From an uncultured Chloroflexia bacterium (GTDB lineage Bacteria > Chloroflexota > Chloroflexia > QHBQ01 > JADMIH01): a DNA stretch of 64,000 bases. Location of the stretch: positions 448,001 through 512,000 of the forward strand of contig CAWCNY010000005.1 of NCBI GenBank assembly GCA_963797095.1, in the 5' to 3' direction. The number at the start of each line of letters is the position of its first letter. Within the stretch, counting starts at the first letter, position 1. The position numbers and the translations under genes were made by a program. The notes under the pieces are model-generated. The model was not told the origin of the DNA. It saw nothing but the letters and a program-made list of their open reading frames with translations, and searched no databases. Shown piece after piece: positions 1 to 8,632 of the stretch.

Positions 1-2
1 AA

Positions 3-260
3 GGACTCGCGGGGCTGGCGTCGGTTGCCGGGGCGCAAGGAAAGCCCGAATACGCCGCGAGATTGCTGGGAGCAGTGGCCGCTGCCCGCGAGAGGTTGGG
101 TGGGCAAATGTGGCCCGCCGAGCAGGTCGAGTTCGAGCGCAGCCTTGCCTCGGTGCGCGATCAGATGGACGAAGCAACATTCGAAAAAACTTGGAGCGCC
201 GGTCGAAATATGGGCTTCGACGAGGCGCTCCGGTATGCCCTGGAAACCAGGGTCGATTAG
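3..260 (+). CDS. C-terminal end (5'-partial) of an ATPase/TPR (NB-ARC-like) transcriptional regulator
   Basis: Frame open from the window edge: GLAGLASVAG...AARLLGAVAAARERLG...FEKTWSAGRNMGFDEALRYAL, a tail typical of these regulators. Confidence 0.7.
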   Translation, partial: GLAGLASVAGAQGKPEYAARLLGAVAAARERLGGQMWPAEQVEFERSLASVRDQMDEATFEKTWSAGRNMGFDEALRYALETRVD

Positions 261-284
261 CGAACTACTCTGTCTCTTTGCGTT

Positions 285-761
285 TTACTTCACTACCAGC
301 GTCGCCCGCTGACCCCTCTGTGCGTGGCCCGGCAAGCTGCAAATCAGCGTATAGGTGCCGGCCTGGAGAGTGACTTCGAGCGTTTGCGGGCTGTCGCTTG
401 GTTGGAAGGTAGGCGTCGCCCCGATTATGGCCCCGCTGCCATCCAGCACGGTGAGATTGTGGCCCATCGTGCCCGTGTTGTTGACTGTGAACGTCACTGT
501 GCCAGCCGGCACCTCGCTCTGGCTGAGGTCGATTGCCCACTCTCTTAATGTTGCCTGCATGGTGGTGGCGGTGCCGCCTGTCGTGCTATCGGTAGAAAGG
601 CTCTGATCTGTGGCAGCCGCCTGTTGTGTGGGGGCTGCGGTGGTGGGTGTAGCCGCATCGCCACCACATGCTGCCAGGCTCAATATGGAAAGCATAGCTA
701 TCATACTCATCAAAATATAGACCATTTTCCGATTTAGGCCATCTGTCTTGTTCAAGGTCAT
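285..761 (-). CDS. Cupredoxin (auracyanin/sulfocyanin-like) lipoprotein
   Basis: Lipobox LAAC, Thr/Ala linker, HN motif (MGHNL) and type-1 Cu loop CSLPGHAQRGQ. Confidence 0.8.
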   Translation of the reverse strand: MTLNKTDGLNRKMVYILMSMIAMLSILSLAACGGDAATPTTAAPTQQAAATDQSLSTDSTTGGTATTMQATLREWAIDLSQSEVPAGTVTFTVNNTGTMGHNLTVLDGSGAIIGATPTFQPSDSPQTLEVTLQAGTYTLICSLPGHAQRGQRATLVVK

Positions 762-997
762 CGTGCGTTTTCCTCTTTCTATATGGGTCTAGACATCATC
801 AAATGCCGGGACGGATAGCGTTGTCTCTCCCTACATGTTAGGGTCCAAGAATTAAAGGAGATGCCAAGAAAAGTTAAGAGTTGATTAATCGGCCCCCGGC
901 ATTCCCTGCTACAAGCCGCAAAGTAACCGTAGCACGTATAATAGATACTGCTCTTACTTCAATACGCATCTTGGTTACTCTCACGAAAGGCCAACCC

Positions 998-2572
998 ATG
1001 AGCAAAAGCCTTACGCGAACCGGGGCGCTGGCCCTCGCTCTCCCCGTTTTACTGTTAGCTCTCCTGACTCCCGGCGCGCCCGTCGGGGCCGCCGCCACGC
1101 CCAGGTCCGCCGTGCGCCTCACAGGGGGCGAGAAATGCTTTGCAGAAACCGGTAGGTGCATGCATGGTGTCTTTCTCGGCTTCTGGCAGGCCAAAGGCGG
1201 GGTAGCCCAGTTCGGCTATCCCATCACCGATGAGCTAACGGAAAACGGGCGCACCGTACAATATACAGAGCGCGCCCGATTCGAGTTCCATCCTGAATAT
1301 CGCGACACTCCCAACGAGGTGCTGTTGAGCTTGCTTGGGAACGCGCTGGTGTCAGGCAGAAGCGATGCGCCGTTCAAGCGTGTAAATGCACCCGCGAGCG
1401 GCAACTATTTCCCGCAAACCGGGCATACCCTGCCGGAACCTTTCAATACCTACTGGCAGAAGAACGGCGGCCTACCTGTGTTCGGCTACCCGATCTCGGA
1501 GCCGTTCAATGAGAAAAGCGCCACCGACGGCAAGACCTACCTCGTGCAGTATTTCGAGCGCAACAGGCTGGAATACCACCCGGAAGCCAAAGGCACCAAA
1601 GACGAGATACAACTCGGATTGCTGGGCAAAGAGTTCTATCAGCGCACTTATAGTGATGCGCCGCCACCCGACCCGCAGCCCTACCCGGTATCGATTGCCG
1701 CCCTGCGGCAGATGATGCGCTGGGGCAACGACTTGAAGGTAGTGCGCACCGTGGCGACCACCGCCGCCTACACTCAGTACGCGATCACCTACAGGAGCGG
1801 CAACCTCAACATTACGGGCCAGATGTACGTGCCGAAAGGGAGCGGGCCGTTCCCGGTGATGATCATGAACCACGGCTATCTCCCCGTAGATGAGTACACG
1901 TCGGGCACGGACTCCCACCGGGAGTCGCCGTTCGTGGCATCCAATGGCTATGTCGCCATACACCCCGATTTCCGCAATTACGCAGGCTCGGATATAGACG
2001 AAAACGCAGAGCAGAACCTGACCGCCTTCGGCTGGGCCGACAATTCGCTGAACCTTGTGGATGCCGTCAAGCACTCCGACCTGCCTTACCTGGATAAAAC
2101 GCGCGTTGGCTATTGGGGCCACTCCAACGGCGGGCAGGTGAGCATGATGGCCCTCGTCGCGCAACAGCAGCCCGACATTAAGGCGTTCGTACTCTTCGCA
2201 CCTACTTCGCCCGATTTCGCCGACAACTTCAACCGCTGGACGCGCCCCAGAACCGCACAGTCGGACAGCATCCGCGAGCGCCACGGCTGGCCGGAGGACA
2301 ACCCCGCCTTCTACGAGGGGCTATCGGTCGGCCCGGCGTTCAAGGACGCTGTAACGAAAGGGCCTGTGCTCCTTTTCCACGGCACGGGCGACACCAACAC
2401 ACCCTATGAATGGTCGGTGCGCACCAATGAATTGATGAAAGCCGCGGGCATAGATGTTACCTTCGTGTCGCCAAAGGGAGAAAACCACCTCTTCAGCGAT
2501 GCGGCATGGCGCGGGGGCATCGCTTCGCAATTCCTGTCGTTCATTGACAAGTACGTGAAGAACGCGAAATAG
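998..2572 (+). CDS. Secreted alpha/beta-hydrolase (S9 peptidase-like) with N-terminal Chloroflexi-type ETGH/FGYP repeats
   Basis: Signal peptide; two FxETG..FW..GG..FGYP..QYxER repeats; nucleophile motif GHSNGG, HGTGD and ENH; ATG 998 preceded by AAAGG. Confidence 0.8.
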   Translation: MSKSLTRTGALALALPVLLLALLTPGAPVGAAATPRSAVRLTGGEKCFAETGRCMHGVFLGFWQAKGGVAQFGYPITDELTENGRTVQYTERARFEFHPEYRDTPNEVLLSLLGNALVSGRSDAPFKRVNAPASGNYFPQTGHTLPEPFNTYWQKNGGLPVFGYPISEPFNEKSATDGKTYLVQYFERNRLEYHPEAKGTKDEIQLGLLGKEFYQRTYSDAPPPDPQPYPVSIAALRQMMRWGNDLKVVRTVATTAAYTQYAITYRSGNLNITGQMYVPKGSGPFPVMIMNHGYLPVDEYTSGTDSHRESPFVASNGYVAIHPDFRNYAGSDIDENAEQNLTAFGWADNSLNLVDAVKHSDLPYLDKTRVGYWGHSNGGQVSMMALVAQQQPDIKAFVLFAPTSPDFADNFNRWTRPRTAQSDSIRERHGWPEDNPAFYEGLSVGPAFKDAVTKGPVLLFHGTGDTNTPYEWSVRTNELMKAAGIDVTFVSPKGENHLFSDAAWRGGIASQFLSFIDKYVKNAK

Positions 2573-2589
2573 CACGGGCATCTTAAGCC

Positions 2590-2627
2590 AAGAAGATGGG
2601 CGGTTGTACCGCCCATCTTCTTTGTTT
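2590..2627. terminator. Probable bidirectional intrinsic terminator
   Basis: AAGAAGATGGGCGGT-tgt-ACCGCCCATCTTCTT hairpin with T-tail, between convergent genes. Confidence 0.8.
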
Positions 2628-2647
2628 ACCGACCTGATCAGATCAAA

Positions 2648-2842
2648 TTAGCCTACACGCTCGTTCTTGCTGAGCGTGCGAAGGCATCGCGTGCAGATCT
2701 TAAGGCGAACCATCTCGCCGCCCACAAGCATGCGCTTTACCTGAATATTGGGGATCCACCGGCGCGGGGTGTGATTCTTTGCATGGCTCACGTTATGACC
2801 ATACTCCGGCCTCTTCCCGCATACCTCACACTTTACCGCCAT
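2648..2842 (-). CDS. rpmB: 50S ribosomal protein L28 (Zn-ribbon form)
   Basis: CEVCGK...GHNVSHAKNHTPRRWIPNIQ...ICTRCLR; RBS GAGAGGT. Confidence 0.97.
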   Translation of the reverse strand: MAVKCEVCGKRPEYGHNVSHAKNHTPRRWIPNIQVKRMLVGGEMVRLKICTRCLRTLSKNERVG

Positions 2843-3033
2843 CTCTCACTACCTCTCTTGTTATCTGTTGCCGGCAACCGGGCGTAGATCGCCGGGGCAA
2901 CCGACCGTAAATTATAGACCTTTGGCTACTTTACGAAATCAAGCATTTCGATTATAGTTATCAAGATAAGTGCGCTCTTTGCCGCACAGAGAATGATCTT
3001 ACCATATATCAAGCCTTTTGGCAAGGTGTCACC

Positions 3034-3534
3034 ATGGTTTCCAGGAACCGCAAAGACGGCCCCAACCTCGACTTGCAAAGCGTCTCGCCGAACGGAGTAA
3101 GCCCGACCGACGGCCACTCCCACAAAGAAGTCCACCCAGGCCCAACCGCGGGCCTGAGTAACGCTTCCGGCAAGAGCCATGCCGATTCTGTGAGCGAGCA
3201 TTCCGGCAAGATCGAAGTTTCACCGAAAGCCATCTCGCACCTGGCATCACGCGCTGCCCAACGTTCCTATGGTGTGGTTGGCCTCGCCTCTAAGACGGCG
3301 CGCCCAGGGTGGGCCGAGCTTCTCCGCCGCGAGGAGATATCCAAAGGGGTGGAGGTATCCTTCCAGGATGGTCACGTGATCGTCAACCTCTACGTAGTGA
3401 TCGAATACGGCACGCGCATATCAGAGGTGGCGCGCAACATCATGAGCAACGTCAAGTTCGCCCTTGAATCGTCTCTCGGTGTAGAGGTCGTGCAGGTGAA
3501 CGTGACCGTGCAAGGGATACGAGTGAGCAAGTGA
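3034..3534 (+). CDS. Asp23/Gls24 family protein (YloU-like)
   Basis: GKIEVS...YGVVG...KGVEV...YVVIEYGTRISEVARN...VNVTVQG; conserved rpmB/yloU/yloV synteny. Confidence 0.9.
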   Translation: MVSRNRKDGPNLDLQSVSPNGVSPTDGHSHKEVHPGPTAGLSNASGKSHADSVSEHSGKIEVSPKAISHLASRAAQRSYGVVGLASKTARPGWAELLRREEISKGVEVSFQDGHVIVNLYVVIEYGTRISEVARNIMSNVKFALESSLGVEVVQVNVTVQGIRVSK

Positions 3535-3592
3535 GCAGTAGTCGGTTCTTCTACTCCGACTATCGACTACCGACTACTTCCCGAAGGGAATT

Positions 3593-5371
3593 ATGAGCAC
3601 CGCCCAGAAAGCAAACACCAAAAAGCAAGACAGCAGCGAGGGAGACACAGCCCAGCATAAACACGTGCCCGTAGGGCCGGGAGACCTCTGGGGAGGTCAG
3701 GATTTCAAGCGCGTGGTGACAGCCGCCACTGTATGGCTCACGCGCAACCTTGATGCAATCAACGCGCTCAACGTCTTTCCTGTACCCGATGGCGACACCG
3801 GCACCAATATGGCGCTCACAATGCAGGCCGCGATCAAGCAGATAGCCGACTCACCCAGCCACTCGGTTGCCCAAATTGCTTCCTCTGTATCGTACGGTGC
3901 GCTCATGGGCGCGAGAGGTAATTCAGGGGTGATCCTCTCCCAGATATGGCGCGGCTTCTCCGAGGGGGTGGCCGGTCACAACCAGATCTCAGCGCAGGAC
4001 TTCGCGAATGCTCTGGTAGCCGCCACAGCCACCGCCTACCGGGCCGTCCTCAAGCCCGTGGAGGGCACGATCCTCACCGTTATCAAGGACACCGGCGAAG
4101 CTGCAACCGCAGCCGCAGGCAAGCTCAATTCGTTCGGCTATCTGCTCCCTGAGGTGGCGAAGGCCGCCAAAGCATCGGTTGCACGCACGCCCCTGCTCCT
4201 GGACAGGCTCAGGGATGCAGGCGTGGTGGACGCCGGGGGCCAGGGCTTATGGGTGCTGCTGGACGGTATGCGGCGTTTTGCCGAAGGTGAGGAGGTCGAG
4301 ACCCTGGAAGTGGAAGCAGCGTCGGGAAACGCCGCTCTGGAGGAGGCGACGAGCGGAGTGCACGTGGAGCATGGTGAATATGGTTATTGCACCAATTTCC
4401 TACTTGTAGGGAGTGGGTGGGATTTCGATGAAGTGCGCGCCCGAATCGCATCTCTTGGCGATTCGGCGGTAATCGTGGGTGATGACCGGATCGTGAAAGT
4501 GCATATCCACACCGAGACACCAGGCACAGTGCTCAACTACGCTTGCTCGCTCGGCAGCCTGCGCCAGATCAGCATCGCCAACATGCAGGACCAGCACGAA
4601 GAGTTCCTTGATTTGCACGCGCAGGCCGGGGTGAAGAGCGAGGCCGGGGCAGTACACGCCGATGCTGGCGCGGCACAGGTGTCGGGGCGCGACCCCAATA
4701 CAGCCGTCGCGCAGAGCAGAATAGCGGTGCTGGCGGTGGCCTCTGGGCCGGGCATAGTCAAGACCTTCAAGAGTATGGGCGCTGCTGCCATCATCGAGGG
4801 CGGCCAGACCATGAACCCCAGTACGGAGGACATCCTCAAGGTGGTAGAGGCCGTACCTCAGAATGAGGTGATCATCCTCCCCAACAACGGCAATATCGTA
4901 ATGGCAGCCCGCCAGACCCAAAGCCTCACCAAAAAGCGTGTGGCAGTGGTGCCTACCGACACTATACCGCAAGGCATCTCGGCGTTGATCGCGCTGAACT
5001 ATGATGCAAGCCTGGAAGATAACGCGAACGCGATGCAAAGCGCGGCCAAAGCAGTGCAAACCGGTGAATTGACCCGCGCTGTGCGCGACGCCAAAGTGAA
5101 CGGCATAGCCGTAAAAGAGGGACAGGTGATCGGGCTGGTGAATAACGCCCTGGTAACCACCGGAACCAAGCGCGATGACGTGGCCTGGGACTTGCTGGGG
5201 CGAATGAATGCAGACGACAGCGAGTTGATCACTATCTATTGGGGTGGAGACATGGCGGAAGCGGATGCCCAGGCATTCCGCGACCGAGTTCAAGATCATT
5301 ACGCTGACGCCGAAGTGGAGTTGGTTTACGGCGGCCAACCCTTCTACGACTATATAATCTCAGCCGAATAA
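3593..5371 (+). CDS. fakA: DAK2-domain fatty acid kinase catalytic subunit (FakA/YloV)
   Basis: NALNVFPVPDGDTGTNM, GARGNSGVILSQ, VVDAGG, YGYCT, KVHIH, GGQTMNPS, GGQPFY. Confidence 0.93.
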   Translation: MSTAQKANTKKQDSSEGDTAQHKHVPVGPGDLWGGQDFKRVVTAATVWLTRNLDAINALNVFPVPDGDTGTNMALTMQAAIKQIADSPSHSVAQIASSVSYGALMGARGNSGVILSQIWRGFSEGVAGHNQISAQDFANALVAATATAYRAVLKPVEGTILTVIKDTGEAATAAAGKLNSFGYLLPEVAKAAKASVARTPLLLDRLRDAGVVDAGGQGLWVLLDGMRRFAEGEEVETLEVEAASGNAALEEATSGVHVEHGEYGYCTNFLLVGSGWDFDEVRARIASLGDSAVIVGDDRIVKVHIHTETPGTVLNYACSLGSLRQISIANMQDQHEEFLDLHAQAGVKSEAGAVHADAGAAQVSGRDPNTAVAQSRIAVLAVASGPGIVKTFKSMGAAAIIEGGQTMNPSTEDILKVVEAVPQNEVIILPNNGNIVMAARQTQSLTKKRVAVVPTDTIPQGISALIALNYDASLEDNANAMQSAAKAVQTGELTRAVRDAKVNGIAVKEGQVIGLVNNALVTTGTKRDDVAWDLLGRMNADDSELITIYWGGDMAEADAQAFRDRVQDHYADAEVELVYGGQPFYDYIISAE

Positions 5372-5506
5372 GCCCAAAAGCGAGTGCAGAATGCGGAATG
5401 GCATATGAGATACGATTACAAATATGTAGCTCTTCGCCCGACGCATCATGCGCCTGATCGTACAGCGTGCATTCCGCACTCCACGCTCCGCATTTCGCAC
5501 TAACCA

Positions 5507-6379
5507 ATGCCTCGCATCAGAGTAGTAACCGACAGCGCCTGCGACATACCTGAGGGCCTCCAGCGCCAGCACGACATCACTGTCGTGCCGATGCTTGTGC
5601 GTTGGGGCGCTGAGAGCTACCTTGATAAGTTGAGCATCACCACCGACGATCTCATAGCGCACCAACATGACGATTGGAGCCAGGCGCGCATGCCGGAGGT
5701 CGAGTCGCCCTCAGTGGAGGATTTCAGCAGAACATACCGCCTGCTACGCGAAACGTGCGATGGGGTCATATCGATCCACATCTCCTCCAAAATGAGCGAT
5801 ACGATAGCCAACGCGGGAATCGCCCGCGAGGCTTTCGGACCAATAGGGCAGGGTGGACCATTCCCGGTGGCTGTAGTCGATTCCCTCTCATTTTCGATGG
5901 GACTCGGCTGGATCGTGGTGGAGGTGGCAAAGGCCGCCGAGCGAGGGCTAGACCTGCCGAAGCTGGTTGCCCTGGCTACCCGCCTCACCGGGTTGAGCCA
6001 CGTGGCCTTCTTTACCGAGCAAACAGAAATACTCCTTGCAAGCGGTCACGCCAGCAGGCTCACCAGCCAGGCCGAGAGTTTGGCCAGTATGCGCCCCCTC
6101 TTCCATGTGGACGAGGGTCGTATCTCCGTTTACGAAAAGACACGCACCCGCCCCAAGGCCCGCGACTCGCTGTATAACTTCGTGGAGGACTTTCCCAGCA
6201 TAGGCGAGCTTGCGGTACTGCACACTAACGTCACCCAGAACGACGTGGAGCACTTGCTGACGCGCATCGGCGCTATTTATCCACGCGACCGTATCCCGAT
6301 CATCCAGATTTGCCCGGCATTAGCCTCGTGGCTTGGCCCCGACGTGTTGGGCGTAGCGGTGCTTGAGGGAGAGGAGTAG
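5507..6379 (+). CDS. DegV family protein (divergent FakB-like paralog)
   Basis: VVTDSACD, ISIHISSKMS, VVDS..SMGLG, LGP. Confidence 0.85.
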   Translation: MPRIRVVTDSACDIPEGLQRQHDITVVPMLVRWGAESYLDKLSITTDDLIAHQHDDWSQARMPEVESPSVEDFSRTYRLLRETCDGVISIHISSKMSDTIANAGIAREAFGPIGQGGPFPVAVVDSLSFSMGLGWIVVEVAKAAERGLDLPKLVALATRLTGLSHVAFFTEQTEILLASGHASRLTSQAESLASMRPLFHVDEGRISVYEKTRTRPKARDSLYNFVEDFPSIGELAVLHTNVTQNDVEHLLTRIGAIYPRDRIPIIQICPALASWLGPDVLGVAVLEGEE

Positions 6380-6386
6380 AATTAGC

Positions 6387-7247
6387 ATGAGCCAGCGTCC
6401 GGTCAGAGTAGTCACCGACAGCGCCGCTGACATACCACGCGAGCTTGCCAGGGAGCTTGGCATCACGGTTGTGCCGTTGCGCGTCCACATGGGCGGCAGA
6501 ACCTACCTTGATGGCGTTGATATCAGCGGCGAGGCGTTTTACCATGAGCTTGAGGCCACCCGCAGCGTGACCACCACCTCGCTCCCGTCGTTAGGCAGCT
6601 TCGAGCAGGCATACCGCCAGATCACAGGCGACGGTTACGATGTAGTGAGCATACATATGTCGTCCAAGCTGAGCGGTACATTCAACGCCGCACTCATGGC
6701 CTCCACAGGCGACGACATACCCGCCGAGTCGATAGCTGTAGTCGATACACACACACTCTGCATGGCGCAGGGCTGGGTCGCCATCGAGGCTGCCGAAGCC
6801 GCCCATGCGGGCGCATCTATGGAGGAAGTGGAGCGCGTGGCAGAGAACGCCGTGGGGCGAGTCGCCCTCTACGGCGCATTGGAAACGCTTGAGTATGTGA
6901 TGAAATCGGGCAGGGTAAGCAGGCTGCCGGGCACAGTCGGTACGCTTCTGAGCATCAAGCCGGTGCTGACCACTCTTCCCAATGGCGAGGCCACCATCCT
7001 GGAGCGGGTGCGCACTCGCAAGAAGGTGCTTGAGCGCCTTGTGGAGCTTACCGCCGAGCTTGGCCCTCTTTCGCGGTTAGCCGTGATGCACGGGGCCGAC
7101 CCGGAAGGCGCAGCCCAATTGCTCGAAATGCTGAAACCGCTCAACCCGCCTGAGCCTGTGCTTGTGGGCCACATTGGTGCCGTACTCGGCACGCATATCG
7201 GGCCGGGTGGGGTAGGGATATGCTGTTTGGCGGATAAAGGAAGATAG
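6387..7247 (+). CDS. DegV family fatty-acid-binding protein (FakB-like)
   Basis: VVTDSAAD, TTSLPS, SSKLSGT, KSGRV, IKP, THIGPG. Confidence 0.92.
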   Translation: MSQRPVRVVTDSAADIPRELARELGITVVPLRVHMGGRTYLDGVDISGEAFYHELEATRSVTTTSLPSLGSFEQAYRQITGDGYDVVSIHMSSKLSGTFNAALMASTGDDIPAESIAVVDTHTLCMAQGWVAIEAAEAAHAGASMEEVERVAENAVGRVALYGALETLEYVMKSGRVSRLPGTVGTLLSIKPVLTTLPNGEATILERVRTRKKVLERLVELTAELGPLSRLAVMHGADPEGAAQLLEMLKPLNPPEPVLVGHIGAVLGTHIGPGGVGICCLADKGR

Positions 7248-7259
7248 CCCTGAACACCT

Positions 7260-8102
7260 ATGTCAACCGAAAATTCGCTGGCCAAAGTAGGCGTCTACAT
7301 CGACGTTGCCAACCTGACACGCAATGGCGGGTACGGTATGCGCTACGACATCCTGCGCATGTTTGCCTGCCGTGACGGGGCAGAGCCGATCCGCCTTAAT
7401 GCCTATGTTAGCTTTGACGAAGATCGCTCGCGAGAGGACCCGGCCTACCGGAGCGCCCAGTTCAACTTCTATTCTCTCCTGCGCGACTTCGGCTACAAAG
7501 TAATACAGAAGGTCGTCAAGTGGTATTACGACGAGAACGGGCGGGCGTTCGGCAAGGCCAACGCCGACCTCGATATGGCGGTCGATGCCCTTTTGCAATC
7601 GGAGAACATTGACCGGGTCTTGTTGTGCACAGGTGATGGTGATTTTGTTCGCGTGGTGCAAGCCCTCCAGAACAGAGGCTGCCGTGTAGAGGTGGTGGCG
7701 TTCGAGAACGTGTCACAGGAGTTGCGGCGCGAGGCCGACCTCTTCATGTCGGGATATTTGATCCCCAACCTGCTGCCCACATCTTCAGGACGGGTTGGCC
7801 CAAACTGGGGGGAGATCGGGTCTAGAGTGCGCGGATTTTGTTATAATCACGCGCCCGACAAGAGCTTCGGCTTCCTGCGAGTAATGAAGAATATCGCCCC
7901 CGACCTGTGGAAGATCAACTCGCGCCTGGCGAACTCGCCCTATGAGAGCGTGTTCTTCCACGACTCGCAACTACCGGAAGGCGTCTATGCGGGTGAACTG
8001 CCCAACCGGAACGTCATTTTCGAGTTCGAGCTGGCGAAGTCGGAAAACAGGGAGAGCGGCTCGCAGGCGGTCAGTATGCAGTTGGTCAGCCCTCGCCGAT
8101 AA
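7260..8102 (+). CDS. NYN (LabA/DUF88, PIN-like) domain protein with a C-terminal cold-shock-like OB domain
   Basis: VYIDVAN, KANADLDMAVD, TGDGDF..V..LQ.RG; C-terminal FGFL...VFFH. Confidence 0.85.
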   Translation: MSTENSLAKVGVYIDVANLTRNGGYGMRYDILRMFACRDGAEPIRLNAYVSFDEDRSREDPAYRSAQFNFYSLLRDFGYKVIQKVVKWYYDENGRAFGKANADLDMAVDALLQSENIDRVLLCTGDGDFVRVVQALQNRGCRVEVVAFENVSQELRREADLFMSGYLIPNLLPTSSGRVGPNWGEIGSRVRGFCYNHAPDKSFGFLRVMKNIAPDLWKINSRLANSPYESVFFHDSQLPEGVYAGELPNRNVIFEFELAKSENRESGSQAVSMQLVSPRR

Positions 8103-8125
8103 ATAATATGTAGCGATACATACGC

Positions 8126-8134
8126 TGCTATAAT
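8126..8134 (+). promoter_or_regulatory. Extended -10 promoter
   Basis: TGCTATAAT upstream of the DUF433 RBS GGAGGAG. Confidence 0.6.
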
Positions 8135-8155
8135 AAGCGGAGGAGACTACTCTCA

Positions 8156-8383
8156 ATGATCGATCATGAGGTGATCACACGCAATCCTAATATCCTGGGC
8201 GGAACGCCTGTTTTCAAAGGGACTCGTGTGCCAATACAGGCTCTATTTGATTATCTGGAAGCGGGCGACTCGCTCGATGTCTTCCTGGATCACTTCCCAT
8301 CGGTGGAACGTGAACAGGCCGTGGAATTGCTGGAAACGCTCAAGGAAATTGCTCTTTCTCAAACACCGCTATCACATAAATGA
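8156..8383 (+). CDS. DUF433 protein (putative antitoxin)
   Basis: ITRNPNILGGTPVFKGTRVP...FLDHFPSV. Confidence 0.9.
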   Translation: MIDHEVITRNPNILGGTPVFKGTRVPIQALFDYLEAGDSLDVFLDHFPSVEREQAVELLETLKEIALSQTPLSHK

Positions 8384-8574
8384 GAATACTTCTCGATGAG
8401 TGTGTGCCGCGTCCGCTCAGGAATGAACTGCCTGGACATGAGGTTAGAACTGTCCGGCAAATGGGCTGGTTGGGAATAGAGAATGGAGATCTGCTTCGGC
8501 TGGCCGGGACGCTAGCGGAATCCGAACAGAGCGCGGGGAAGCAGGAAACCGAGCAGCGGATGTGCTACAATTGA
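8380..8574 (+). pseudogene. Truncated DUF5615 PIN-like putative toxin
   Basis: MRILLDECVP...HEVRTV..MGW.G..NG.LL resembles the intact copy at 18356 for about 42 aa, then diverges; ATGA start overlaps the DUF433 stop. Confidence 0.75.
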
Positions 8575-8632
8575 CTGACCTGCAACACCCGTTCTATATT
8601 CCACATTCTACATCACTCACCCCGCACTCCAT

